This document shows positions 12,528 through 25,187 of a DNA stretch of 64,000 nucleotides, in pieces; within the stretch, counting starts at the first letter, position 1, and every line of letters begins with the position of its first letter. Both the position numbers and the translations under genes were made by a program. The notes under the pieces were generated by a model. That model saw only the letters and a program-made list of their open reading frames with translations, was not told where the DNA came from and did no database searches. Origin of the DNA: Octopus vulgaris (Eukaryota); the NCBI GenBank assembly GCA_951406725.2, contig OX597822.1, positions 38,688,001 through 38,752,000 on the forward strand. Reading direction: 5' to 3'.

Positions 12528-12850
12528 ACTCAACTGGTTACGATATTGAGGGTTTCAGTCGATCCAATCAATGGAATAGTCTGCTCATGAAACTAACATG
12601 CAAGTGGCTGAGTACTCCACAGAGACATATACCCTAACATAGTTCTCAGGGAGATTCAGTGTGATACAGAGTGTGACAAGGCTGGCCCTTTGAATTACAG
12701 GTACTACTCATTATTGCTAGTTGAGTGGACTTGGAGCAACGTGAAATGAAGTGTCTTGCACAAGGGACACAACGTGCCACCAGGGATTGAACTCACAACC
12801 TTACCTGAATATCCCTAATACCCCTAACCACTAAGCCACATGCCTTCACT
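12528..12850 (-). mobile_element. tRNA-derived CORE-type SINE, family D
   Basis: Minus GTGAAGGCATGTGGCTTAGTGGTTAGGG head; body and tail match 20958-21272. Confidence 0.85.
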
Positions 12851-12989
12851 CACAAGATGTACTACACTCACACACACACACATACACACACACACATATT
12901 TTGGGAAGGCAGTTTGTCTTGACAGTGAATGACAATTGTAAACAAATGTCATTGCTAAACAAGCAGTGTCAGCTTTCATGAAAACAACA

Positions 12990-13820
12990 GCTCAACTCTT
13001 GCAGGAAATACTGCAGGGAGAAGATTCCAGAAGGATAATGCTCTGGGGGAAGACAGCTTTGGCAAAGTGGTTAGTGCAGGGAAAGGAAGGTTGGACACAC
13101 CAAGGGTGCTGAGATGTGGAAAGATGAATGGGACGAGAGTTGGAGTGGTGGATGTACGAGATTAGCCAACTCTAAGGAACAGAGGCTGGACTGTATTCAT
13201 TAATGATGAATGCCAATCAATCAAGTGGGCCTTCTCTAGTGTGTAATCCAGGGTGTCAGTATTCTATTGAAGGCTGCAAGCTGGCAGAAACGTTAGCATG
13301 CTGGGTGAAATGCTTGGTGGTATTTCATCTGCTGCTATGTTCTGAGTTCAAATTCCACCAAGGTCGACTTTGCCTTTCATCTTTTTAGGGTCAATAAATT
13401 AACTACCAGTAACGCACTGAGGTCGATGTTATCGACTTAATACCTTTGTCTGTACTTGTTTGTCCCCTCTATGTTTAGCCCCTTGTGGGCAATAAAGAAA
13501 TAAGTATTCTATTGTGTGCCTCACTTCAACCTTTCAGCCCTGTAGAGTGTCAGGAGCTGTTAGGAATTGAAATGTCTTGTAACCCAAGAGATGTGATCTT
13601 AGCAATGCAGTGGATGTGCTTTCGCCAGGTGAGATTCTTGGTAATGGTGAAGACCAGCATTTGGAGTGAGCATGAAGGCTCTAATTGAGTGATGCTCGTA
13701 TTTACTGGTGGTGTGACACTTTTCCTCATAGATGTCCATTAAGTATGAAAATTGTCCTGGAGTTAACTATAGATATAAAGCGAGAGAATGGGCAGTAGAG
13801 GGAGTGCAAGGCATCTAGAA
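12990..13820 (-). pseudogene. Decayed LINE ORF2 C-terminal fragment (CR1/Jockey group)
   Basis: Minus frames give TITKNLTWRKHIHCIAK, QLLTLYRA, TIEY and FWNLLPAVFP, typical of the post-RT region of this group; split by a family E SINE. Confidence 0.7.
13270..13502 (+). mobile_element. tRNA-derived SINE, family E, with TSD
   Basis: 12 bp TSD AGTATTCTATTG at 13258-13269 and 13503-13514; GCTGGCAGAAACGTTAGC head, GAGTTCAAATTCC B box. Confidence 0.9.
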
Positions 13821-15255
13821 TGTCACACTACCATGTGTGTGTGTGTGTGTGTGTTGTACCCTTGGTGGTCAACTATCATACAGGAGACAATCCCTTCTAA
13901 AGTTGAGCCAGATTTAAAAGTTTGGAATTTTCCTCAAAGAGTAAAGAAAAAGATCTACAGAACATGCACATTTCACTTTTTTCAACACTTTATATAAAGA
14001 TTTCAATTTATAGCCGTAGGTAGCCATGTATAGTGCTATTTCCCACTTCTTTGAAATCAAACACATACACACGTGCTCGTGTACATATCTTCTATAAGTG
14101 TGCGCGTATATATTAGAGAAAATTAGGTTTCTGTACCACACGTTGTCATTCCACCTAGACCTATCCACATGTTAACGAGAGAGCTATGACGATTTAGAGA
14201 ATGACATGCTTTGTGTAAAAATAATTTAAGCAGAGTGATTTGCACTTGAACTGCTAGAAGTAGCAGCCAAATTTCACATCACTTACACCCGATCATTTTA
14301 AAATTATGTTGTCTGAGGTAGCTGGGGATCTCTTACGCTTGAGGGGAATGAGTTTTAATGAGAAATGAGTAAAACGCATCAAGAATGAGTTTTACTCGAA
14401 CAACAATGGACCATGTCACATGATGAAGGTTAGTCTTGCCTGTAACTTTAATTCCTTCCAAAACGTTTATTTATTAATATATAATGCGAAAGTAAAATGG
14501 AAACAATGGAGTAAGTGAAAGAATGGAAGAAGCAGAGCAAGAGCGCACACAAAGTGAAAACAACTACACATACACAATATGCAGTAAGGGAGAGAATTCT
14601 GTAGTCTAAGGGAGATAACTCTAGTCAAACCATTTGACTTCGTTTTTTTTTCTTAAAGCTATTTGTTGGATGCTGTTATTGCTCAGCACCCACAACCCCA
14701 CCCCACAAATCGGCCCGACTCGAGTGGACTATGATTAAAAGATATTTAAGCTGTAATTAGCTATCCTGTTTAATACCAGATGCTACATATTCCAATTTGC
14801 TCTGCTTTTTTTTTTTTCTCAATAGTGTACGATGTAATTTAATAGGGATGTCGCTGTTAATTCTAGTAGACGAGCTCCTACATTGGTTTGACAATATAAT
14901 TTCAGTTAAAATGCCCTCGGATCGTAGATTAGCTTTTGCTACGTGTAATGCAACCCATGCTTAACTTATGATATTCAGCACAGCTAATACGACACATAAA
15001 CGGTACTACACACACACACACAACACTGTACACCTGATACTCCCTACCACCACCACCAAACGTTTTATTTATGTTTTCTTTTCTGTACATCGTTCATTTC
15101 CTGTGCATCTTCTTTGTACCGTACATGCAGTTTTGAGTTGTAGTGCAGCACCTGAGCACTGCACATCATAAGTTCCTTATATTATACAGTATTTGCTGGT
15201 ATACAAAACCCACTTTTTTTTCCATAAGTCTCAAAAAAAGAAAAAAGAAATATGG

Positions 15256-15574
15256 GCATTCCGTCGGTTACGACGAAGAGTGTTCCAGATGATCCGCTCA
15301 ACGGAACAGCCTGCTCGCGAAACTGACGTGCAAGTGGCTGATCACTCCACAGACGTGTACCCTTAATGTAGTTCTCAGGGAGATCAGTGTGATACAAAAT
15401 GTGACAAGGCTGGGACTTCGAAATACTGGTACAACTCATTTTTGTCAGCTGAGTAGACTTGAGCAACGTGAAATAAAGTATCTTGCTCAAGGACACAAAG
15501 CGTCGCTAGGAATTGAACTCACGACTTTACAATCGTGAGCCTAATACCCTAACCACTAAGCCACGTGCCTTCAC
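15256..15574 (-). mobile_element. Family D SINE
   Basis: Near full-length match to 20958-21272. Confidence 0.9.
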
Positions 15575-15875
15575 TAGATAAATAGTAATTACCCCTCATT
15601 CTGAATGTGAAGGGCCTCTCATAAGCTTTACTTAGGGCACTAAAACCCTTTTTTTCTTTACTCTGTACTGCTGAATTTGGGGTACATCAAATATGCCCAT
15701 ACATCTTTTATGCCATCAACTATGGTACGTTGCATTTGTACAAGACCACAAATATGTAGGCAGGCCCAGAACATTACTAACACGTAATTTCTCATAAATG
15801 GGGAAATAAAAAAGCAAAACTAGCTTGAGCAGGATTTGAACACAGGAAGACAGGAGCAGGACTTATACTCTACAG

Positions 15876-16183
15876 CAGTGGTTCCTAAACTTTTCGGGCT
15901 GCTGCCCCTTTGACACCTAGGCCAAATTCCTAGCACTCCCACCCCAACTAACCATCACAAACATAGACCTCTTTCTGAAGCAAATTCAAAGCAATTGTAT
16001 TTCACAAATAAAACTTAACCTAATGAAGCCATTATTTTGTTGTCTTTACATGGATAGCTACCCCATTATTGCCCCATTTTTTCAATGAATCACTACCCTA
16101 TTATCACCCCACATTTCTTCAATGCCCCCCTGGAATGTTCCACCGCCCCAGGGGGGCAATACCGCCCACTTTGAGAACCACTG
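15876..16183. mobile_element. hAT (Charlie-like) MITE, 308 bp
   Basis: Perfect 8 bp TSD CTCTACAG (15868-15875, 16184-16191); TIRs CAGTGGTTCCTAAA / TTTGAGAACCACTG. Confidence 0.9.
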
Positions 16184-16236
16184 CTCTACAGCAAAACTTC
16201 ACAACAACTTACATTTATCTTTGTATGAATATTTTT

Positions 16237-16618
16237 TATCTTTTACTTGTTTCACTCATTAGACTGTGGCCATGCTGGGGAATTGCCTTGTTGAAGAATT
16301 TCTAGTCAAATGAATTGACTCCAGTACTTTTTTTCCTTTTTTAAGGCCTGATACTTATTCTATCGATCTCTTTAGCAGAGGTGCTAAGTTATGAGGATGT
16401 AAACAAACCAACGCAGGTTATAATATGATGGTGGGAGACAAACACAGACACAAAAACACACGCACAATGATATACATGTATACATACACAAACACACACA
16501 CATATGATGGGCTTCTTTCAGTTTCCGTCTAACAAATCCATTCACAAGGCACACGTAGTGGGATTAAACCTAGAACCATGTGGTTGGGAAGGCAGCTTCT
16601 TACCACACAGCTACGGCT
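16237..16618 (-). mobile_element. Family A SINE with internal deletion
   Basis: Tail, microsatellite and head match family A. Confidence 0.8.
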
Positions 16619-17332
16619 GTGTGTGTGTGTGGGGGGGGGGGGAGTTTAAGTAGGAGTGTATATTTGTGTCTCATTATTTTGACATTGCTCACTGTTGTAA
16701 ATGAGTGCCATTCATTTTGAAATGTCCCAGAAAAGCATGTTTAGCCATGGGTAAATATTACCTTGCTTGGAACCAAGTAAGGGTTGACAAGAGGATGAGC
16801 CTCCAGCTGTAGAGAATCTGACTCAACAAATTCCGTCTAATCCATACAAGCATGGAAAAAGGGACATTTAAATGATGATGTCCAACTTGGCCAATATTGG
16901 ACTTAGAACAACAGAGCAGCGCTTACTGAACAGGAGAACTAAGTAGAGCATATTTCTTCACAGATATGGCCAAGACAGGTGACAGAAAGACAAAAGTTGA
17001 GAACAAAGGAATCTTCAGATTGCATCAACAGAGAATAGTTAGAATGGTTACGTCAGCACCCAATTTGGTAGAACAGCAACAAGGGTAATGGAGAGACAAA
17101 AAAGCATGCTAATGCATGAGCCAAAATAACCCGGGCATTTCTTGGTAACATCAATGTTGTGTGGTGCTCCTGGTGGTGACGGTGACAGTGATGGTAGCGG
17201 TGGTGGTAGTTGGGGCGGGGACAATTCTGTAGGAAGATGATGATGTTATTGTGATTGTCAGTTAACTGCTGAAGAAGGGAGGGACCTGCAGTGCAAGCCA
17301 TATGTAAAATTATATACATACACACATATAAC

Positions 17333-17364
<32 letters not shown>

Positions 17365-18121
17365 TACACACGCAAACTTGAGAAAGGCAGGGTGACGGAT
17401 CGCATTATGATAAAGCACTATAGATGATGATGGTGAAAGTGAAGGATGTAGGAGTGTAAATGTGTGTGTGTGTGTGCCTGTAAAATCTATTAGTGTTGTG
17501 TCTCCTCAGAAAGAAGACATCATGCAGACACAACCGTATACCTCACTCACACATCTTTCTTACACACAAACATGCATGCATCACACGTGCACATGTGTGT
17601 GCATGCACACACACACACGCAATTCCCCAGTCTTTGTAGTCTCTTCATAATATCCATCCTCACTTGCTCTGTGTGCGTACCAATTTGTATTTTGTGTCAG
17701 TATGTATATATCTGTGTGTCTGTATGTGTATGTTTATATGTGTCAATGCTTGTGTATTTCCTGCATATACATATATCTGCGTGAGCATGTATGTGTCTAT
17801 GTAGGGGTTTATGTAGCTTAGGGTTTAGCACAGCTTTAAAAGTTTATACAAACATGGGCACTCACACACACACGTGTCACTAAAAGTAAGCACTTTATAC
17901 TGAAACCAACCTAGTTACTACTGCCTCCACCACCACCACTCCAACAAATAATCCCTACAACTATAGGCCCAAGGTCTGAAATTTTGTGGGTGGGGACAGT
18001 CAATTACATTGACCCTAGTGCATAACTGGTACTTATTTCATTGACTCCAAAAGGATGAAAGGCAAAGTCAGCCTAGGCAGAACTTGAACTCAGAATGTAA
18101 GGACGGACGAATAATAATAAT

Positions 18122-18488
18122 AACAAGAGCATTCAGAGAGCACAAACCTCTGCCAAGGCAACACCAATGTCCTCTCAATGATTAGCCAGAGATAATTTTT
18201 AAAATGAGAATATCTGAAATAAACTTGACTGTTCTCACAAGTGAGAATACTAAAAATGAACCCGATTACTCTCAAAAATTAAGTAAAAAACAGGAAAAAT
18301 AATCCAGAATCCTTGTCCGGTACTGGATCAATCCCCAAAATCTAAATAGTTCATGCCAGTGTTGAGGCCAAACTTCCCTGAAAGTTTCATCCAAATCCAT
18401 CCAGCGGTTCTTGAAATATGTTGTCCACGAACAAACAAACAAACGCGACCGTAAACAATACTTCCGCCTTCGCAAAGGCGAAGCTAAT
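18122..18488 (+). mobile_element. Helentron-associated (HINE/DINE-like) non-autonomous element
   Basis: 5' AACAAGAGC..AACCTCTGCCAAGGC, (CAAA)n near the 3' end, terminal hairpin CTTCCGCCTTCGCAAAGGCGAAG; sits in TAA repeats. Confidence 0.65.
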
Positions 18489-18489
18489 A

Positions 18490-19098
18490 ATCCTTTCTTC
18501 TAAAGGCACAAGGCCTGGAGTTTGGGGGAGGGGGATAGTCGATTACATCAACCCCAGTGTTTCATTGGTACTTAATTTATCGACCCTGAAACAGGCGAAA
18601 TACCACTAAGCATTCTGTCCAGCATGCTAATGATTCTACCAGCTTGCCGCTTTAATAATAATAATAATAATAGTAATAATAATAATAATAACAACCTTTT
18701 CTACTGGGAGCACAAGGCCTCAAATTTTGGGGGGAGGAAATAACTTGATTAAATCGGCCCCAGTGCGTAACTGGTACTTAATTTATTGACCTGGAAGGGA
18801 TGAAAGGCAAAGTTGACCTCGTCAGAATTTGAACTCAGAATGCAGCGACAGGTGAGATACTGCTAAGCATTTTGTCCAGCATGCTAACAATTCTGCCAGC
18901 TCACCACCTTAATAATAATAATAATCGTTTCTACAGGAGGCACAAGGCCTTAAATTGTTTCACTGGTACTCAATTTATTGACCCTGAAAGGATGAAAGGC
19001 AAAGTCAACCTTGGTGGAACTTGAACTCAGAAGATAGCGACGGGAAATGCCGCTAAGCATTCCGGCCAGTGCACTAACAATTCTGCCAGTTTGCCACC

Positions 19099-19100
<2 letters not shown>
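18490..19100 (-). mobile_element. Head-to-tail stack of three family E SINEs
   Basis: Repeated GGCACAAGGCCT..CTGGTACT..CTAAGCATT blocks separated by (TAA)n. Confidence 0.85.
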
Positions 19101-19132
<32 letters not shown>

Positions 19133-19727
19133 TGATGATGATGATTCAAATTTTAAAACAACATAATTTTCTTATGGTTTCTTAAACATTCTCAAGAATA
19201 AAACTATGTACAAAACCAAATTTATGGCACCCTAGGCATAACACCAGCATGAACTTCTAACTTGTTGTCTCTTGAGAACTTTCGGTGAGACTTGGAGCCA
19301 ACTTGTACAAATGCAAAGCAAAAGTCAAACATAAAATAATAATAAGAAGAAGAAGAAGAAGAAGAAAAAGAAGAATATGAAACGACTTAGCCCCAAACTA
19401 TAACATGAGCAGCATCTGTGTATAGTTTTGTGTGCATGATACAATTTTATTAGCATGCACAGTTTCAGGGCAGAGGGACAAAGCGACACAGATACACAGA
19501 CGGGACTCAGATATACTTACATAATGTATTAAGTTACCTGCATTGCTACAAAACACAATTTTATTCAGACATAACAACATGAAACAGTTGCAGGAAACCA
19601 GTTAATATTGTCTGTTTGTCTGTCTGCTGCGGTTCTGTAATTCAGACATTGAAACATTGCTGCAATGATTGTTGTAATACTGCTTAGTAAACAATGGGTT
19701 TATTACTATTATTATTATTATTATTAT

Positions 19728-20444
19728 TGCCATCAAAGTGATACTGGGGTAAAATATACGAAGTCCAGTATACCCATCATGACTACCCGTCTGATAAGGG
19801 TACACCAGGCACATGCATCACAACCATATGTGCGCGACATGGTAATCACATATCAAGATAAACAGCGCATGACCTTGCAGATGGGGCCCTGTTAGAATTT
19901 TCTTCAGGTCAAGTAGCCCATCTTGCTCAAAAGGTCCCTGAAAAAGGGTTGTTTAACCCATTAAGTTCCAGAATACTTAAATTTCTGAATACTACTTTAA
20001 AATTTTTAAATATGATTGAATATAGGTTAAAAGGAAAAAAATTATTATTAAAACTACTTCACTTCAAGTAGAAATGGAAATACTTGGTGTCCTATAAATA
20101 AGACACTGAGACAATGGGATATAGCTTATTTAATGTTCTCGTTTAGTGTTCTATTTATAGGACGGTGGGACTTAACGGGTTAAGGATGATGATCAAAACA
20201 CCCATGTTTCCAGGGATGAATTATCCAAACTCTTAAGAATTTCTTTCAACACATGACCATGATGCTCCCCAACTACTTCTGCTCATGATTAGAGATGCAC
20301 ATATTGTCAGCCACTAAGGGACATACTCAACTGGTTATGGTCAAGCAACTGACAAGCAAATCTGTGGTATTGAGCAGAATATTTGCTGAAGGCCAGCTTT
20401 TATACCAAGACAAAACAATGTACATGATAACACTTCGAATCAAT
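19728..20444 (-). mobile_element. Family F retroposon ((AAT)n tail), interrupted by a MITE
   Basis: Reverse complement of most of 22345-22840. Confidence 0.9.
19957..20179. mobile_element. piggyBac-like MITE, 223 bp
   Basis: TTAA duplicated at 19953-19956 and 20180-20183; TIRs CCCATTAAGTTCCA / TGGGACTTAACGGG; the empty site (CATCCTTAAACAACCC) is seen in the copy at about 22603-22618. Confidence 0.9.
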
Positions 20445-20957
20445 TGGCAGAATCGTTAGCACACCAGGCAAAATGCTTAGCGACATTTCTTCCGAGTTTA
20501 GGCTCTGAGTTCAAATTCTGCTGTGGTTCAGTTTACCTTTCGGGGTCCTTTTGGGGGTCGATGTAATCGACTATCCCACCTCCTCCATAATTTCGGGCCA
20601 TAGATGATGATGATGATGATATATATTAAAATAGAAATGGTAACAACTCTGCAGATGTGGTCATGGTACTGGCATGGCTGAGTAGTTAGGAAGTTTGCTT
20701 TGCAATTAAGCAGCTTCAGGTTCAATCACACAGCAGAAGACTGTAGCATATGTGTGTGTGTGTGAGTGTGCGTGTGTGCACATGTACACACATGTGCCTG
20801 ACAACCAGTGCTGGTTTCTATCTGTCTCCTTGCAACTTAGCAAAAACATTGTAATAAAATAAGGGTGTTGATTTCATTAACTACACTCTCCAAGGGAGTG
20901 CTCCAGCATGGCTAAATTCCAACAATCACATTACTGCATATATATATACATATCTAT

Positions 20958-21272
20958 CGTGGCTGAGTGGTTAGGGCATTCGGCTCATGATCGTAAGGTT
21001 GTGAGTTCGATTCCCGGCGACGCGTTGTGTCCTTGAGCAAGACACTTTATTTCACGTTGCTCCAGTTCACTCAGCTGGCAAAAATGAGTTGTACTTGTAT
21101 TTCAAAGGGTCAGCCTTGTCACTCTCTGTGTCACGCTGATTATCCCCGAGAACTACGTTAAGGGTACACGTGTCTGTGGATTGCTCAGTCACTTGCACGT
21201 TAATTTCACGAGCAAGCTGTTCCGTTGATCGTATCAGCTGGGACCCTCGTCGTCGTAACCGGCGGAGTCTTT
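20958..21272 (+). mobile_element. Family D SINE, young-looking copy (CpGs retained)
   Basis: TGGCTGAGTGGTTAGGG A box, GAGTTCGATTCCC B box, CORE-like TCCTTGAGCAAGACACTT. Confidence 0.92.
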
Positions 21273-21909
21273 TTAATCTATCTATCTATCTATATATATA
21301 TATATATAGACATATACATGTATTTATGTACACACACACACACAATATGTATATAATTTTACAAACTATTATTTAAAAAAAAAAACTATGCTTTTCGCGT
21401 GTATAGTTTTCGATTCATTTTACCACAATTCAAACACACAATTTCTTTCAAATCTGTAACATATATATATATATACGTGTGTGTGTGTGCGCGCGCGCGC
21501 GCGCATGACCTGTTAAGATTAAATTAAAAAGATTATTTTTAAAAAAACGGGGAAGACGTATCTCAGCCATTCAAAAGAAAACAAGACACAGTTATCTCCC
21601 TTGCATAACTCGTTTCCCGTTCCATTATGTCTGTAGTTTGACGTATTTCCATAATTCCGAAAGCTCATTCGACCGCTTGTAGACACAGGCCCAGACCTGA
21701 GTAGTTTACACAATGAACTCGGGAAGGTGACATACACTAACACGCATATAGGGATAGATATATGTTTATATATGACAATACATTACTTCAATACATGAAT
21801 ACAGAGAAAGATATATACACACATACAAAATGAAGATAACTGCATAGGTAGAGATGTTGTGGGGTAAACAGATATGTAGATAGAAAGAAAGGTAAACAGA
21901 CAGTGTGTG

Positions 21910-21952
<43 letters not shown>

Positions 21953-22073
21953 TCGAAAATATATGATGAGACGTCTGTGTGTGTATATGTTTATATTTAC
22001 AAAGGAGAATCGATTCCTTTGTTATATAGTCAACTGTGGAGAAGATGGAGAAACAATGAAGAAAAAGACTTAC

Positions 22074-22190
22074 CATTTTGTGGGAATCAAACTGTCCTAA
22101 CCAATTGCCCAGTTCATGTTCAGCATCATGATCATCATTATCACTGTCAACCTCCACATCGCTGGCACTTTTATAGTCATCCTCATCCAT
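22074..22190 (-). CDS. Coding exon, probably the first, of an MRL-family adaptor (Lamellipodin/RAPH1 or RIAM/APBB1IP-like)
   Basis: Acceptor ctcttactgtttccag|A-ATG and donor ATG|gtaagt bound 39 stop-free codons MDEDDYKSASDVEVDSDNDDHDAEHELGNWLGQFDSHKM. Acidic leader plus GNWLGQFD resembles the recalled RAPH1 N-terminus (..DKMFGAWLGELDKL). The exon is well supported; the family call is from memory on a short peptide. Confidence 0.7.
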
Positions 22191-22239
22191 TCTGGAAACA
22201 GTAAGAGCCACAATGTTAATAAATAATAACAACAACAAC

Positions 22240-22286
<47 letters not shown>

Positions 22287-22297
22287 GAATAATAATA

Positions 22298-22870
22298 AAT
22301 GCCCTGATAGAGTACCAAGCAGTGGCTCTCATGGCTTCTGATCTTAACTGATTGGAAGTGTTATGATGTACATTGTTTTGTCTTGGTATAAAAGATGGGC
22401 TACAGCAAATATTCTGCTCAATACCACAGATTTGCTTGTTGGTTGTTTGACCATAACCAGTTGAGCATGTCCCTTGGTGGCTGACGATATGTGCATCTCT
22501 GAGCACGAGCAGAAGTAGTGGGGGAGCATCATAACCATGTGTTGAGATGGATTCTTTGGGGTTTGAATATTTCACCTCTGGAAACATGGGTGCTTCATTC
22601 AACATCCTTAAACAACCCTTATTCAGGGACCTTTTGAGCAGGATGGGATACTTAATCTGAAGAAAATTCTAACTGGGCCCCACCAGCAAGGTCATGTGCT
22701 GTTTATCTTGATATGAGATCTCCATGTCGTGCACATATGGTTGTGATGCATGTGCCTGGTGTACCCTTATCAGACGGGTAGTCATGATGGGTATATTGGG
22801 CTTCATATATTTTACCCCAGTGTCACTTCGATGGTATGCACTGCTCTCTCACTCAATAATAATAATAATA
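22298..22870 (+). mobile_element. Family F retroposon, longest copy, embedded in (TAA)n
   Basis: Three copies in the window; ends GCACTGCTCTCTCACTC(AAT)n. Confidence 0.9.
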
Positions 22871-22884
22871 ATGAAGATGATGAT

Positions 22885-23216
22885 GTAGCTGGGGAGCATC
22901 ATAGTCATGTGTTGAGAGGAATTCTTTAGGGTTTGAATAATTCACCTCTGGAAACGTGGGTGTTTTGTTCAACATCCTTAAACAACCCTTAATCAGGGAT
23001 CCTTTGAGTGGAATGGGTTACTGAACCTGAAGAAAATTCTGAGCCCCACCTGCTAGGTCATGTTTATCTCGCTATGAGATCACCAAGTTGCGCATATATG
23101 GTTGTGATACATGTGCCTGGTGTACCCTAATCAGACAGGTAGTCATGATGGATATACTGGGCTTTGTATATTTTACCCCAGAGTTACTTTGATGGCATGC
23201 ACTGCTCTCTCACTCA

Positions 23217-23250
<34 letters not shown>
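22885..23250 (+). mobile_element. Family F retroposon, 5'-truncated tandem copy
   Basis: Matches about 22515-22860 and has its own (TAA)n tail. Confidence 0.9.
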
Positions 23251-23251
<1 letters not shown>

Positions 23252-23560
23252 CCCATCTACTATAGACACAAGACATGAAATTTGGGGGGAAGGTGCCAGT
23301 TCATTACATTGACTCCAGTGCTTAAGTGATACTTAATTTATTGACCCTGAAAGAACGAAAGGCAAAGTAGACCTTGGAGGAATTGGGACACAGAACGTAA
23401 AGACAGATGAAATGCTGCTAAGCATTTTGCATGGCATGCTAACGATTCTGCTGAAATAATTGTTCCAAATTTCAGCACAGGGCCAGCAATTTTGAGGGAG
23501 AGAGCCAGAAGAAATACCACTTAGCATTTTGTCTAGCACACCAACAATTCCGCCAGTTCA
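23250..23560 (-). mobile_element. Family E SINE plus fragment
   Basis: GAAAGGCAAAGTAGACCTTGG..CTAAGCATTTTG matches family E. Confidence 0.8.
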
Positions 23561-23911
23561 ATGTTTTAAGAATAATAATAATAATAATATTAATAATTAG
23601 CTTAAAGCTTTCCTTCATTTCAATTTCCTTGATTTTTTTTTTTCATATTCCAAAACACCCAGATACGCCTACTCAGAAAATAACATTCCGTGACAGCTGT
23701 ATTTATTGTCTTAGTCCATTTTGTTCTAATAAGCATATATCGACAACTGGGGCTGCGCTACTCACACACACGGCACCTGCTGGGTGAAAGTCCATCACCT
23801 GTAGTCCTGTCCGAATTTATACCATTGCTTGTGTTAATTCTATTATTCATTACTCTCAAGCAGAGCAAAGTGTTGATAAGGTGTCACAAACACCATAGTA
23901 ATAATAATAAT

Positions 23912-24785
23912 AATGGTTTCAAATTTTGCCACAAGGGCAGCTATTTTGGGGAAGTGGGGCTAGTCAATTACATCGACCCCAGTGTTTCACTGGTACTTTA
24001 TTTATCGACCCCGAAAGGATGAAAGGCAAAGTTGACCTCAGTGGAACTTGAACTCAGAATATAGCGGCAAATGAAATACCACTAAGCATCCCTGCCCCCG
24101 GCATACTAATGATACTACAAGCTCTCTGCCTTCACCATACTACTACTACTACTACTACTACTACTATTACTACTACTACTACTAATAATAATAATAATAA
24201 TAATTTATTTCTTTATTGCCCACAAGGGGCTAAACATAGAAGGGACAAACAATGACAGACAAAGGGATTAAGTCGATTACATTGACACCAGTGTGTAACT
24301 GGTACTTATTTAATCAACCCCGAAAGGATGAAAGGCTAAGTTGACCTTAGCGAAATTTGAACTCAGAGCGTAGTGGTAGACGAAATACCGCTAAGCATAA
24401 TGATTAATAATCTTTTCTACTATAGGTAGAAGGCCTGAAAGTTTAGGGGAAGGGCGCTGGCTGATTACATCAACACTGGTACTCAACTGGTACTTATTCT
24501 ATCAACCCTGAAAGGATGAAAGGCAAAGTTGACCTCAGCAGGATTTGAACTCAGAATGTAAAGAGTTGGAAATAATAACAATCTTTTCTTCTATAGGCAC
24601 AAAACGTGAAATTCTGCAGGGATGAGTTAATTACATTGACCCCAGTACTGAACTGGTACTTACTTTATCAACCTTGAAAGGATGAAAGGCTAAGTCAACC
24701 TTGGTGGAATTTGAAATCAGAATGTAAAGAGAGATGAAATGTAGCTAAGCGTTTTGTAAACAGTTCTGCCTGTGAGCTGCCTTAG
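23912..24785 (-). mobile_element. Stack of four family E SINEs
   Basis: Four GAAAGGATGAAAGGC(A/T)AAGT..GAA(C/A)TCAGA blocks separated by (TAA)n/(TAC)n. Confidence 0.88.
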
Positions 24786-24918
24786 AAGAATGAAAATAAT
24801 ACAACTTAAACATTACATACAGTACACAATAATATCTCAGATTAAAATACGTAACACAACTCATAGAATACACACCGAATACAGCCACCACTGAATAAGA
24901 AACAAAAAACTAACATAG

Positions 24919-25117
24919 AAGCATAGCAGTGGCTGTGTGGTAAGTAGCTTGCTTATGAACCACATGGTTCCGGGTTCAGTTCCACTGAGTGGTACCTTGG
25001 GCAAGTGTCTTCTACTATAGCCTCGGGCCGACCAAAGCCTTGTGAGTGATTTGGTAGATGGAAACTGAAAGAAGCCCGTCGTATATATGTATATATTATA
25101 TATATGTATATATTATA

Positions 25118-25187
<70 letters not shown>

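Noticed and set aside
19513-19560. Minus-strand microexon or second recursive site (tgtag caatgcag|gtaact)
   Set aside because: Weak pyrimidine tract and non-consensus donor.
20958-21030. tRNA gene-like sequence (also 46699 and 6196-6268)
   Set aside because: These are SINE heads that run into repeat bodies without a complete acceptor stem.
21519-21743. Minus-strand ORF as a second coding exon
   Set aside because: No good polypyrimidine acceptor or donor and no recognisable similarity.
22216-22605. 129 aa ORF with a complex-looking sequence
   Set aside because: Lies within multi-copy family F and ends in (TAA)n-derived poly-Ile; no domain recognised.
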